This document shows, piece by piece, positions 1 to 15,142 of a DNA stretch of 64,000 nt. This stretch comes from the human T2T-CHM13v2.0 reference genome, Homo sapiens. How positions within the stretch are numbered: position 1 is the stretch's first letter; each line of letters begins with the position of its first letter. The notes beneath the pieces were generated by a model, which ran no database searches, had not been told where the DNA came from, and saw nothing but the letters and a program-made list of their open reading frames with translations. Made by a program: the position numbers and the translations under genes. The stretch is from the NCBI RefSeq assembly GCF_009914755.1, contig NC_060925.1. One strand, given 5' to 3'.

Positions 1-150
1 TAAAAGCTTTACAGTTTCATGTTTTACATTTAGGTCTGTGTCTATGCATCTTGAATTAATTTGGGTACACAATGTGAGACAGAGTTTGAAGTTTATTATT
101 TTCATGTGGGTCATCCACTTGTTCCAGCAACAATTTTTGAAAGACTTTCT

Positions 151-3097
151 TTTTTATTGTGATAAAATAAATATAACATAAAATTAGCCATTTTAGCCAT
201 TTTCAACTGTGCAATTCAGTGACATTAGTTACATATATGGTGTTGTACAACCATCTGTACTATCTATTTCCAAAACTTTTTGGTTACCACAAATAGAAAC
301 TTTGTTATCATTAGGCAATAATTGCTCATCTCTCCACCTCCTCACTTAGGCCCTGGTAACTTTTAATCTACTTTATGGTTTTATAAATTTGCTTATTATG
401 GATATTTCTAATAATGAATCATACATTTGTCTTTTGTGTCTGGCTTATTTCATTTAGCATAATATTGTCAAGATTTGTTCATCTTGCAGCATGTGTCAGA
501 ACTTCATTCCTTTTTATGGCTGAATAATATTTCATTGTACATATATCCCACATTTTGTTTATCCATTTATCTGTTGACAGACACTTGAGTTGCTTCTACA
601 TTTTGGCTATTGTGAATAATTCTGCAATAAATATTGATATACATGCATCTGTATTTTTTTATAATCTCTTTTATCTCTGTAAGGTTGGCAGTAATACCCC
701 ACTTTTGTTTTTACTTTTAGTTGCATCTTTTCTCTTTTTTCTTCGTCAGGCTACCTAAGAGCAATTTTACTGATCTTTTCCAGAAATCAACTATGGCTTC
801 AGTAATTCTATTTTTTTTCTATTCTGTGTTTTACTTAACTCCACTCTAGTTTTTATTATTTTCTTTCCTCTGCTACTTTTGGATGTAGTTTGATCTCTTT
901 CTAGTTCCTCAAGGTGTAAAGTTAGGTTATTTGAGATTCTTTCTTCTTTATTAATTTAGGCATTTACATTTATACATTTCTCTTTGAGCGCTGCCTTTCC
1001 TGCATTCCATAGCTTTTAGTAAGTTGTATTTTTATTTACATTCATGTCTTTTTTTTCTAATTTCTCTTGTGGCTTCTTTATACCCATTGGTTTAGAGTGT
1101 TGTCTTATTTCCACAAATTTGCAGATTTTTCAGTTTTATTTCTGTTATTGATTGAAGTTTCATTCCATTGTGATCAGAAAATACACTTTTTATGATTTTA
1201 ATTTTTTTGATTTTAATATTTTTAAGTTTGTTAATACTTCTTTTGTGGCCTAACATATGATCTATCCTGGAGAATACTTCATGTATACTTGAGAAGAGTA
1301 TATTCTGCTGTTGTTGAGTGGAAATGTTCCATATATATCTGTTAGGTCTTGTTGATTTATAGTATTTTTCAAGTCTGCTATTTCCTTATTTATCTTCTGT
1401 CTAGATGTTCCATCTATTGTTGAAAGTAGAATACCAAAGTCTACAGCTATTGTAGAACTATCTATTTCTCTCTTCCATTTTTTCAGTGTTTGTTTTATAT
1501 ATTTTGGGGTTTCATATATTTTGGTCCATATTTGTTCATAATTGTTATATTTTCTTGATCAGTTGACCCATTTATCAATATATAATGTTTTTCTTTGTCA
1601 CTTATAACAGTTTTTCACTTAAACTCTATTTGCATGATTTTATTAAAGCCCCTTTGGCTTTCTTGTTGTTACTATTTGCTTGAAATTTCTTTATCCATCC
1701 TTTCACTTTCAACTTATTTTGTGTCTTTGGATCTAAAGTGATCTTTTGTAGCCAGTCTATAGCTGGGTCATGCTTGAAAAAAATCAATTCTGGCAATCTC
1801 TGCCTTTTGATTGGAGAATTTAACCCATTTACACTTGACATGATTACTGATAAAGAAGGACATGCTTCTGCCATTTCGCTATGCATTTTCTGTATGTCTT
1901 ATGAATTCTTTTATCTCTAATTTCTTCTATTTCTGCCTTCTTTTGTGTATAGATGATTTTTTGCTAGTGAACTGTTTGATGCCCTTCTAATTTCTTTTTG
2001 TGTATGTTCCTTAAATATTTTATTTGTGGCTACTATGGGGATTATACATAACATCTTAAGTTTATAACAGTCTAATTTGAATTGCTATCCAATTCTGTAC
2101 AAAAACTAAGCTCCCACTTATGTTGTTGTCACAAATTATATTTTATACTTTGTGTGCTTGATAACAAACTTATCATTTAAAAACTCCATTTGTCTTAAAA
2201 GTCGTACATGAGAAAAAGGGGAGATAGAAGCTATAAACACAATTATACTGGCTTTCACATTTTTCAGGTATTTACTTTGCCAGAGGTCTTCCTCATATGG
2301 TTTTGAGTTACTGTCTAGTGTCCTTTCATTTCAACCTGATGTACTCACTTTAGCATTTCTTGTGAGGTAGGTCAAAGGGTAAAAGACTTTCTCAGTTTTT
2401 ATTTATCTGGAAATGTCTTAATTTCTCTTTTATTCTTAAAGTATAGTTTCTTAGGATATAGAATTCTTCATTGGCATTTTTTTCTTTCAGTACATTAAAT
2501 ATGCCATCTCACTGCCTTCTGGTCTCCATAATTTCAGATGAGAAATTGGCTTCTAATTGTATTGAGGATCCCTTGTTGAGTAGCCTCTCTCTTGCTGTTT
2601 TCAAGATTCTTTTTTGGATTTGGCTTTTGACAATTTGATTATAATGTATCTTGCTGTGGGTCTTGTAAATTTTATTATACTTGGAATTTGTTGACTTCTT
2701 GGATTTGAAGATTTATGTCTTTCATCAAATTTGGGAAGTTTTTAGCTATTATTTTTTCAAATATTATTTTTCTCTCTATTATCCTTCTGAAACTCTCATG
2801 ATGCATATGTTGGTTTGCTTGACAGCGTCTCACAAGTCCTTCAGGCTCTGTTCACTTTTCTTCATTCTTTTTTCTTTCAGCTTCTCAAATTCTATAATTT
2901 CCACTATACTACCTTCAGTTTTACCAATTCTTTCTTCTGCCTCCTCAAATCTGCTATTGAACCCCTAGTGAACTATTCATTTCAGTTTTCCAGAGTACTG
3001 ACAAAATTTATTCTGATATTTCCTTAATTTTCAATGTTTCTGTGGAAAAATGAGAGCTTAGAGCTGTCAGCTGTGCCATTTTGCTTATATCACCTCT
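151..3097 (-). mobile_element. Old LINE-1 (L1MB-like), internally deleted, inserted into an older minus-strand L1
   Basis: 3'UTR-type sequence at 151-650. Minus-strand ORF 1626-1886 (NVNGLNSPIKR-like, ...KVKGW) is an L1 ORF2 endonuclease remnant. ORF1 and 5'-end remnants run to ~3097. Probable TSD gaaagactttct (~139) / gaaaaactttct (~3100). Confidence 0.8.
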
Positions 3098-3099
3098 CT

Positions 3100-4310
<1,211 letters not shown>

Positions 4311-4359
4311 GAATTTTTATTGAGATAATATAGACTCACCTGCAGTTGTAAGATCATTA

Positions 4360-4670
4360 AGGGGTAAAAGTTTAGTTATGTAAGAAAAATAAGTTCTAGA
4401 GATCTACTATAAAATATAGTCCCTATGGCTAACAGTACTTTATTGCATACTTAAAATTTCCTAAGGGGATATATCTTATTTCAAGTATCCTTTCCACCAA
4501 TAATAATAAAGGAGGTAGGATGAAACTTTGAGAGGTGATGGATGTGTTTATAGCATTGATGGTTGTAATGGTTTCATGAGTGTATACTTATCCCCAAACA
4601 TAGCAAGTTGTATATATTAAATATGTATAGCTTTTGATATATCAATCATACCTCAATAAAGCATTTTTTT
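4360..4670 (+). mobile_element. L1MA9/10-like 3' end
   Basis: ...aataagttctagagatcta...gtatacttatccccaaac...cctcaataaagc matches an L1MA 3'UTR with its polyA signal. Confidence 0.7.
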
Positions 4671-4674
4671 AAAT

Positions 4675-5410
4675 GCTAAGAGAAATTCCTTGGACTTTTC
4701 CTCCAGTTTTCCTCAGTGGAACATTTTGCAAAAGTATAGTATAATATCAAAATTAGGATAGTGACATTGATACAATCCATCAATATTAATTAATATTGGG
4801 TATTTTTCCTACTTTATTCTTTGCCAAGATTATTTTATCTATACTAGAGCCTGTATTTTTCCATATACATTTTATAATAAGTCTGTATATGCTTCCAAAA
4901 TCTCTCTCAGAAATTTTTATAGGCATTCCACTAAACCTGTAGATCAATTTGGGGATAATTAATACATTGAGACTTCCAATCCATGGACATGGTTTGTCTC
5001 TCCATTTATTTTGGTTTTTTATTTTTTTGATCAGCATTTTGTAATTTTCAACATACAGATTCCATACATGTTTTATTAATTGTATACCTGAGTACTTTAT
5101 TTGGAGTTACTGTAAAAAGAAATTGTGTTTTTAGTTTTGGTTTCTACATATTCATAGATGTGTATGTTAGTAATAAAATACAATTGCTCTTTGTGTATTG
5201 ATCTTAAATCTTGCAACCTTGTTGAACTCACTAGCTAATTCTAGAAGTTTTCTTTTGCAGTTTCTTTTTTTACTTTCTATGTGTTTACTGATGTCATCTG
5301 CAAATAGAATTGTTTTATTTCTATGTTTCCAATCTGTATGCCTGATATGCCTTTTTCTTGCTTCATTACAGTAGGTAGGAATTCCAGTTCTGTTCAGTAA
5401 GAATGGTGAG
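4675..5410 (-). mobile_element. Old L1 (L1MC/MD-like), 3' part; continues at 11749-12225
   Basis: Minus ORFs 4786-5037 (PKLIYRF..PIKI) and 5167-5472 (LFADD...FNKVARFKINTQ) are L1 ORF2 reverse-transcriptase remnants. Confidence 0.8.
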
Positions 5411-8400
5411 TAGAAGAGCGAAGATGGCTGGCTAGACACAGCCAGGAAAAGCTTCTCCCACTGAGAGACCAAACCATCATGTAGACTAACAAACTCTGAA
5501 CAGATCTTCGGGAAGAAGGCATTGAGAATGGATACAGAGAGGATGCAGACTCGAGTTAAAGAGAAGGAAGCTGAGAACCCTGCATGGGGTTGCTAAGCAC
5601 TAGGATGTGTTCCTGGCCCTGAGTGGCTCCTAGAGAAGGGGTGAGTGAAATAAGCGTAGAGTGGCGCACTCTCATTACAGACCTCCAGGATCCTAGCTGT
5701 GGGAGACCCCATGACCCTCACAGATATTTGAGTTGGCAGGGAAAATTCCTTTGAGAGTTGGTAAAGACATAACTCTAGTCTGTGAGGAGTCCAGAGGATT
5801 TGGCATGGGAATGGGTACACTGGAGCACAGCCATGGGCAGCCATCCCCCAAGGCTTGACATACTCTTCTAGGTGACTTTAGTATTTGTTATCTGCTGGAC
5901 CTGGAGAGAGCAGGGCTGTCTTGTCCATGGGATGTGGCCAGTCTCATCAGAATACCCCGTCTGCCAGCCTCTCCCAGGGTCCCTCTCTGGCAGCTTGAGC
6001 TGCCCAGCTGAAATGCTTCTCAGTGGCTACTGCCATAGCTTTTTCACCAGCAGCCCCCCACCTTCCCATAGGTGGCAGACCTCCACCAGGCAGGCAGACC
6101 CCCACCAGGATGTATCTACCTGCAGCCTTCCTCAACCTATGTGCATTCACCCACAGCATCCCTCTGCCGCTCTGACAATGAACACACACATGGGGATCCA
6201 CTACCACCCCACCAGCACCCACGCACATAAGGACCAACCACTGCCCTGCTGGCACACATGCACCCACAATGCCCTCACTACCCCATTGGTGTGCACTCAC
6301 CTACAGTCCTCCCACCACAGTGCAGTCTCCTACGGCACCCCCACCACTCCATTGCACTTTTGCCAGCAGCCCACATTGAAGTGTTGTTGGCAACAAACTA
6401 GGAACAACTCAGCTTCTCCAGTGCAGCAAGTGCTTGACCTTGAGGGGCCAGAGAACAAAGCTGCAGGCCTAGTTCCAGCCCTCCAGAGCTAGAGCACACA
6501 GTCCTGGAGTGCTGAACTGAGCCTCGGCCATCTGAAAGCATCCAGAAACAAAGCCAATAAATGAAACCCAACTTATACCACAATCAAACCCTCCAGGGCA
6601 TCAAAGACTATAAAAGCAAGAAGCCTGATTCAAAGGACAGCAACTTCAAAGATTAAAAGATCAGCCACACAGATGAGAAAGAACTAGTGCAAGAATTCTG
6701 GCAACTCTAAAAACCAGAGTGTCTTCTTACCTCCAAATGACTGCACTAGATCCCCAGCAATGGTTCTTAACCGGATTGAAATGACATAGAATTCAGAATG
6801 TAAATGGCAAAGAAGCTCAATTTTCCTTGACATATAGGAGAAGGTTGAAATCCCTTTCAAGGAAAGCAGTAATATGATCCAAGAGTTAAAAACGACATAA
6901 ACATTTTCAGAAAGAATCAAACTGAACTTCTGAAAAATAAAAAATTGATGACAGAAATTTTATCATGCAATTGGATGCATTAATAACAAGATAGACCAAA
7001 CTAAGGAAAGAATCTCAGAGCTTGAAGATCACTCCTTCAAATCAATGCAGGTAGAGAAAAATAAAAAAAGAAAAAACATCTGAGTAATATGAAATTATGT
7101 AAAGAGAACAAACTTATAACTCATTGGAATCTGTGAAATAAAGGCAGAAAAAGCAAGAAACTTGGAAAACATATTTGAGGATATTGTCCAACCTCACTAG
7201 AGAGGACAACATGCAAATTCAAGATGTTCAGAGAACCTCTGTGAGATACCATACAAGATGATCATCCCCAAGACATATAGTCATCATACTCTCCAAGTTC
7301 ATCATAAAAGAAAAAAATCTTAAAGGCAGCTAGAAAGAAAGGGTGGATCACATACAAAGGGAGCCCCATCAAGCTAACAGAGGATCTTTCAGCAGAAACC
7401 TTAGGAACCAGAAAATATAGGGGGCCTATATATAGCATTCTTAAAGAAGAGAAATTCCAACCAAGAATTTCATATCCAGCCAAACTAAGTTCCATAGGTG
7501 AAGGAGAAATACAATCTTTTTTTAGACAAGTAAATGGTAAGGGAATTCATTACCACTAGAACTGCCTTATGAGAGATATTTAATAGAATGCTAAACATGG
7601 AAACAAAAGCCCAACACCTGCCACCACAAAAAGACAGTTAAGTATGTAGTTCATTAACACTGTAAAGCAAATATACAATCAAATATACATAAGAACCAGC
7701 TAACAACATGATGACAAGATCAAACCCTCACATGTCAATATTGATCTTGTATGTAGAGTGGGCTAGATGTCTCACTGAGAAGGCACAGTGTGGCAAGTTG
7801 GATAAATAAGTGAGACCCAACTGTGTGCTATCTTCAAGAGACCCATCTCACATGCAATGACACCCATAGGTTCAAAGTAAAGGAATGGAGAAAAATCTAT
7901 CAAGTAAAATGAAAGCAAATAAGAGAAGGTTGCTATTCTTACTTCAGACAAAACAGACTTTAAGCCAACAATGATCAAAAAGGGCAAGGAAGAGCATTAT
8001 TACATAATAATACAGAGTTCAATTCAATGAGAAGACTTATCTGTCCTAAATATATATGCACCTAGCACTGGACCACCCAGATTCATAAATGAAGTGCTTA
8101 GAGACCCACAAAGAGACTTAGACAGCCAGACAATAATAGTAGGAGACTTCCACATCCCATGGACAGTTTTGGGCAGATCACTGAGTCAGCCAACTAACAA
8201 AAATATTCAGGACCTAAACTAGACACTTAACCAAATGGAACCAACAGATATATACAGAATACTCCACTCAACTACAGAGTATACATTCTTCTCATCTGCA
8301 CACAGCACATATGTGAAGATCGACCACACGCTTACCCTAAAGCAATTCTCAACAAATTCAAAAAAACCTGAAATCATACCAACCACACTCTGAGCACACA

Positions 8401-11400
8401 GCACAATAAAAATAGAAATCAATACCAAGGAGAGCTCTCAAAACCATACAATTACATGGAAATTAAACAACCTGCTCCTGAATGACTTTTGGGTAAATAA
8501 TGAAATTAAGGCAGAAATCAACAAATTATTTGAAACTAATGAAAGCAAAAAGACAACATACCAGAATCTCTGGTGCACAGCTAAAGCAATGTTAAGAGGA
8601 AATTTTATTGGACTAAATGCCTACATCAAAATTTAGAAAGATCTCAAATTAACAACCTAACATTATACCTAGAGGAACAGAAAGACAAGATCAAACCAAC
8701 CCAAAAACTAGCAGAAAAAATAAAAATAACCAAAATTAGAGGCGTGCTGAATGAAATTGAGATGTGAAAATCCATACAAAAGATCAATGAAACAAAAAGT
8801 TTGTTTTTGAAAAAATAAACAAGATTGATAGACCTTTAGCTATATTAATAAAGAAAAAAGAGAGAAGATGCAAATAAATACAATCAGAAATGACAAAAGT
8901 GGCATTACCACTGACTCCCATATGAATACATAAAACCCTCAGAGACTGTTATGAACACCTCTATGCACATTAACTTGAAAACCTGGAAGAAATGGATAAA
9001 TTCCTGGAAACACACAACTTCCCAAGATAGAACCAGAAAGAAACGTGCACAGACCAATAATGAGTTGCAAAATTGAGTCAGTAATAAAAAACCTGTCAAA
9101 CACAAAAAGCCCTGGACCAGATGGATTCACAGCCAAATTCTACCAGACATACAAAGAAGAGCTGGTACCAATCCTACTGAGATTATTCCAAAAATTGAGG
9201 AGGAGGCACTCTTCCCTAACTCATCCTCTGACGCCAGCATTATTCCGATACCAAAACCTGGCAGAGACAGTGAAAAAGGAAAATATCAGACCAATATCCC
9301 TGACGAACATAGATGCAAAAATCCTCAACACAATACTAGCAAACCAAATCTGGCAGCACATCAAACTCTAATCCACCATGATCAAGTAGGCTTTATTCCT
9401 GGGATGCAACCATATGTTGATTCAACATAAGCAAATCAATAAATGTAATTCTTGCATAAACAGAACTAAAAACAAAAACTACATGACCATCTCAATAGAT
9501 GCAGAAAAAGCTTTTGATAAAATTTAACATCTCTTTGTGTTAAAAACCCTCAACAAAGTAGGTATTGAAGGAACATACCTCAAAATAATAAGAGCCATCT
9601 TTGACAAAGCCACAGCCAACATCCATACTGAACAGGCAAAAGCTGGAAGCATTCTCCTTGAGAACTGGAACAAAACAAGGATGCCCACTCTCCTCACTCC
9701 TCTTCAACATAGTACTGGAAATCCTAGCCACAGCCATCAGGCAAGAGAAAGAAATAAAAGTCATCAAAATAGGAAGACACGAAGTCAAACTATCTCTCTT
9801 CACGATGATATGATTCTATACCTAGAAAACCCCATAGTCTCTGCCCAAGGCTCCCAGAACAGATAAACAACTTCAGTAAAGTTTTAGGATATAAAATCAA
9901 TGTACAAAAGTCAGTATTTCTATACACCAATAATGCTCAAGCTCAGAACCAAATCAAGAAAACAACCACATTCACAATAGCCACACACACAAAAAAATAC
10001 CTAGGAATACAACTAACCAGGGAGGTGAAAGATTATAAAACACTGCTCAAAGAAATCAGAGACATCACAAACAAATGGAAAAACATTCCAAGTTTACGTA
10101 TAGGAGAATCAATATTATTAAAATGGCCTTAGAACCCAAAACAACTTACAGATTCAGTGACATTTCTATCAAACTACCAATGCCATTTTTCACAGAATTA
10201 GAAAAACCTATTCTAAAATTCATATGGAATCCAAAAAGAGCCCAAATAGCCAAAAGTATCTTAAGCAAAAAGAACAAAGCCAAAGGCATCACACTACCCA
10301 ACTTCAATCCGTACTACAAGGCTACAGTAACCAAAACAGGATGGTACTGGTACAAAAGACGACCCTTATACTAACGGAACAGTTTAAAGAACCCAGAAAT
10401 GAAGCTGCACTCTTAACAACCATCTGATCTTTGATAAAGTCAACAATAACAAGCAATGGGGAAAGGAGTCCGAATTTATTAAATGGCGCTGGGATAATGG
10501 GCTATGTACATGTGGGAGATTGAAACTGGACCCCTTCCTTTCACCATATACAAAAATCAACTCAAAATAGATAGAAGGCATAAATATAAGTCCTAAAATA
10601 ATTGTTTTAAATCCTAGAAGAAAATCTAAGAAATATCATTTTGGACATGGGCTTTGGCAAAGATGAAGTCTCCAAAAGCAAGTACAACACAAACAAAAAT
10701 AGACAGGTGAGACCTAACTAAATTAAAGAGCTCTGCAGAGCAAATGATACTATCAACAGAGTAAACAGACAACCTACAGAATGGGAGAACATATTCACAA
10801 ACTATGTATCCGATGAAGGTTCTAATATCCAGAATCTATAAGGAACTTGAATCAGTAAGCAAAAAACAACCCCATTAAAAATGTGAAAAGGACATGAACA
10901 GACACTTCTCAAAAGAAGATATATATATGGCCAACAAGTATATGAAAAAATGCTCAAGATCACTAATCATTAAAGAAATGCAAATCAACATTTCTACAAA
11001 CCACAATAAGACACCATCTCAAACCAGTCAGAATGGCTGTTATTAAAAAGTCAAAAAATAATAGATGTTGCTGAGGTTGCAGACAAAAGGGAATGCTTAT
11101 ACACTGCTGGTGAGAATGTAAATTAGTTCAGCCACTGTGGAAAGCAGTTTGGCTATTTCTCAAAGAACTTAAAATAGAACTACCATTCGACCCAGTAATC
11201 CCATTGCTGGGTATATACCCAAAGGAATATAAATCATTCTACCAAAAAGACACTTGCCTTTGTATGTTCATCACAGCACTATTCATAATAGCAAAGGCAT
11301 GGAATCAACTTATATGCCCATCAATGATGGACTGGATAAAGAATATGTGGTACTTATACACCATGGAATATTACACAGACATAAAAAAGAATTAGATCAT

Positions 11401-11736
11401 GTCCTTTGCAGCAACATAGATGCGGCTGGAGGTCATTATCCTAACCAAATTAACACAGAAACAGAAAACCAAATACCACATATTCTCATTTATAAGTGGG
11501 AGCTAAACATTAAGTACATATGGTCATAAAGATGGAAAAAACAGACACTGGGGAATACTTGAGGGTGGAAGGGGGAGGAGGGGAGGGTCGAAAAAATACC
11601 TATTGGGTACTATGCTTACTACCTGGGTGATGAAATCATTTGCACACCAAACCCCAGCAACATGCAATTTACCCACGTAACAAACCTGCACATGTACTCC
11701 CTGAACCTAAAATAAAAGTTGGGAAAAGAAAGAAAA
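5411..11736 (+). mobile_element. Full-length, inactive LINE-1 (L1PA15/16-like)
   Basis: 5'UTR from ~5411, ORF1 remnant from ~6672, ORF2 remnant from ~7711 ([43 protein letters not shown]). 3'UTR ends ...cctgaacctaaaataaaagtt plus A tail. Many stops and frameshifts. Degenerate TSD aagaatggtgag / aagagtaacgag. Confidence 0.95.
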
Positions 11737-11748
11737 AAGAGTAACGAG

Positions 11749-12225
11749 AGTGTACATCTGCATGTTGTTCCTGATCTTAGTCTTTTACCATTAGATGTGA
11801 TGTCAACTTCATTTTTTTTTTGAAGATGCTTTTTTATCAAGTTGAGATAATTTCCATCTATTTATATTTTTCTGAAAGTTTTTGTGATGAGTAGGTATTG
11901 AATTTTGCCAAATAAATTCATATGATCATATGATTTCTCATTTTTAGCTTTATGATGGATTACATTGATTGAGTTTTGAACACTGAACCAGCTTGGTATA
12001 CCCCAAATGTCTCATTTGGTCATGATATAATTGGTAATATAATTGGCATATAATTACTTTCATGCTTTGTGAGATTCAGCTTGTTCATATCTTTTGATGA
12101 TTTTTTTGTTAAAATTAGTGACAGATATTGATCTGTTGTTTTATTTATTTTTACTGTCCTTGTCTGCTTGTGGCATTAGAGTAATATTGACCTCATAAAA
12201 TTAAGTGGGCAGTGTTCTTTTCTTG
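11749..12225 (-). mobile_element. Continuation of the host old L1 ORF2
   Basis: ...gttcctgatcttag...gtattgaattttgccaaat... antisense ORF2 resumes after the TSD. Confidence 0.75.
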
Positions 12226-12335
12226 TATTAGTCTCCTATTTCTATTCTTTTCCTGTTGCTATGGTAACACATTACCACAAATTTAGAGGCTTAAAACAAC
12301 ACAACACAAATATATTACCTTACAGTTCTGGAGTT
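12225..12335 (-). mobile_element. MLT1 (MaLR) LTR fragment
   Basis: tgtattagt...taccacaaatttagaggcttaaaacaacac...ttacagttctggag. Confidence 0.7.
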
Positions 12336-12339
12336 GGTT

Positions 12340-13070
12340 TATTTGGTGCCATTGGGGCTTCTGCTGCTATCAGCTATTGCTGCTCGAGGAGGAGAAAGAG
12401 ATTTCCCTGAATAACATGGCTGTGTGTCATGGTGAGACCCACCATACAGTTGTCTCCCTACTACTTGGTTTCTATGAGAAGATGAATAGAGTTTTAGGCC
12501 TGTGAGGACAATGTGACTTCCTGGACCATGTCACTTGCCATGACTGGGTCTGTTTCTCTAGTGCCACTTGCACACCTAGAGGAGTCTCCAACCCATGGGT
12601 ACAGGCAAGGTTGTACCCTGTACTTAGATAGCTTGTATTTTGGTCTCTACACAGTGGCCTTATTATTTCAGTGGAAAGGGCGAATCTCAGGCTCAGTAGG
12701 GAAGGAGAGTACCTTCCCCAGCCAATCTATCTTCTTTGTAGATGCTGGGCTCACTTGATCTCATTTGAGAGACTTCTATTAAACTATGGAGGAATGAGCA
12801 TACTTAGGCTTTCTTCTGTTGTTAGACTGAGGGTCAGAAAATGCCAGACTGAGTGGGCTTCCTCTGTTGGGTGAGAAGACAGAAGACACTGTGCTATTCC
12901 TCCAGTCCTGGGTTAGCACACCAGCTCACCTTCTTCTTACTATCTTACTATTTTCTTACTAGAGTTCTCCTTTGGTTGTCTCTTGCACTATTTTCAGGGT
13001 TTAGAGTTTTACTTACCAGGTAGAAGTAGGGAAAAATGGGTCTACACCACCTTGTGTAGACTAAAAGTCC
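12340..13070 (-). mobile_element. Old L1M 5'UTR fragment
   Basis: Ends ...gtctacaccaccttg...aaagtcc, resembling an antisense L1M 5' terminus. Confidence 0.45.
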
Positions 13071-13254
13071 TAATATTGTTTCTTATTTGCCTTATCTGTT
13101 TTTATTTTTTTTTTGTGACTTACTATTTTTCCTTCTTTTGGGTTAGGTGAATAACCTTAATATTCCATTTTGATTACTCTCTTGGCTTTTTATCTATGTC
13201 TCTTTTCAGCAATTTTTAGCTGTTGTCCTAGAGATTACAACAGACATTTTTTTC

Positions 13255-14990
13255 TTGTCTCAATCTATGTTATCTTCTAAGAGATTTATAGTTTTAAATT
13301 TTACATTTAGATCTGTGATCCATTTTCCATTAATTTTTGTGAAAGCTGCAAGGTCTATGTCTAGTTTATTATTTTTTTTGCATGTGGATGTTCAATTGTT
13401 CCAGCACCATTTGTTGAAGAAACTATCTTTTCCCCCATTGCATTGCCTTTGCTCCTTTATCAAAGATCAGCTGACTCTATCTGTGTCAGCCATATCTAGA
13501 CTATTCTGTTCCATTGATACGTTCATCTCTTCTTTCACCACTACCATGCTGTCTTGATTTTTGTAGATTTAAAGTAAATCTTGAAGTTGGGTTGTGTCAG
13601 TACCCCAACTTTATTCTCCCTCAATATTGTGTTGACTATTCTGGGTATTTTGCATTTCCATGTAAACTTTAAAATCACTTTGTCAATATACACAAGATAC
13701 CACGCTGAGATTTTGATTGGGATTGTGTTGAATCTATAGATCAAATTGGGAAGAACAGACACCTTCACAATATTGAGTCTTCCTACCCATGTACACGGAA
13801 TACATTTCCATTTAGTTAGATCTTTCATGGCATTTCTTTTCCTTTCCAGAGTTTTGTAGTTTTCTTCACATAGATTTTATAAACATTTTGCAATATTTAC
13901 ACCTAAGTATTTCATTTTTTGGTGCTAATGTAAATGGAATTGTGTTTTAATTCCAAATTTCAATTGTTCATTACTAGTATATAAGAAATCAATTGACTTT
14001 TACATATTAACCTTGTATCTTGCAACCTTGCTATTAGTTATTACTTATTAGGTTACAGGAGGTTTTTGTTGTTTCTTTGAAATTTTTTACATAGACAATC
14101 ATGTCATCTGCAAACAAAGTTTTATATCTTTTTTTTTTTTACAAATCTGTACATATTTTTTTCCTTCTTTTGTTGTAATAGCCTGAATGTGTTCCCTTCG
14201 AGATTAATGTGCTGAAACTTAATGAACAATGTGATCGTGTTAAGAGACTGAGCCTTTAGGAGGTGTTTAAGCTATGAGAGCCATGCCCTAATGAATGGAT
14301 TAGTGTCCCTACAAAAAAGACTTCAGAGAGAGAGCCCACCTCTTTTTGCCCTTTTCATCCTTTTCATCATGTGAGGACACAGCATTCCTCCCCTCAAAAG
14401 AGTGCAGCAACTGAGACAAGGCTAGTCCCTTCTACTTATGAGTCTGTACAATTAAAACCAAGTTAGTTACTTCCAAGATACAATGGAAATATAGGCACTG
14501 AGTAAGCACTCCTTTCCAAAAGGGAGTAGAGATGGGGCTCTCCTCAGACACTGAACTTGCTGGTGCCTTGATCTTGGATTCCCAGCTTCAAGAATTGTGA
14601 TAAATAAATATATGCTCTTTGTAAATTACCCATTATCAAATACTTCGTTATAGCAGCACAGAGTAAGACACTTATCTTATTGCATTAGATAAGACTTCCA
14701 ATACTATGTTAAGTAGAAGTGGTGAGAGGTACATCCTTTCCTTGTTCCTAATATTACCAGCTGTGTCTAGTTTCTAACCATTAAGTATAATGTTAGCTGT
14801 AAGTTTGTTGTAGATATTCTACCTATTAGGGTAGTTCACTTCTATTCATAGTTTGCTGGAGAGTTTTATTACAAATGGGTGTTGGATTTTGTCAAATGCT
14901 TTTTTCGCATCTATTGTTATGATAATGATTTGTTTTTTAATCTGCTGATGTGATGAATTACATTAATTGATTTTCATATGGCTAGTTTTT
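13255..14990 (-). mobile_element. Old L1 ORF2 fragment interrupted by an MST LTR
   Basis: Minus ORF 13541-13828 (KWKCIPCTWVGRLNIVKVSVLPNLIYRFNTIPIKI) is L1 ORF2. Confidence 0.9.
14174..14670 (+). mobile_element. MST (MSTD-like) solo LTR carrying an inverted MST-int fragment at 14411-14526
   Basis: tgtaatagcctgaatgtg...ctggtgccttgatcttgga...gttatagcagcacagagtaagaca; TG...CA ends. Confidence 0.8.
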
Positions 14991-15039
14991 AATAGCATTT
15001 ATCACTGTTGTGTATTCATACACACACACATGCACTTCT

Positions 15040-15135
15040 GTTTACTTTTTTCATTCTCTGTCATCTCCACTAGACTGTAAACTCAAGCATCCAGTATATT
15101 ATTTACTCATAAATATTTGTCAAATGAATGAACTA
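15040..15135 (+). mobile_element. L2 3' end
   Basis: ccactagactgtaaactc...taaatatttgtcaaatgaatgaa. Confidence 0.7.
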
Positions 15136-15142
15136 TCTCCCT

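Noticed and set aside
5872-6492. 206-aa ORF
   Set aside because: It lies in the C-rich L1 5'UTR, starts at GTG and resembles no protein I recognise.
7711-11530. Reverse transcriptase/endonuclease ORF fragments as a functional gene
   Set aside because: L1 ORF2 broken by many stops and frameshifts.
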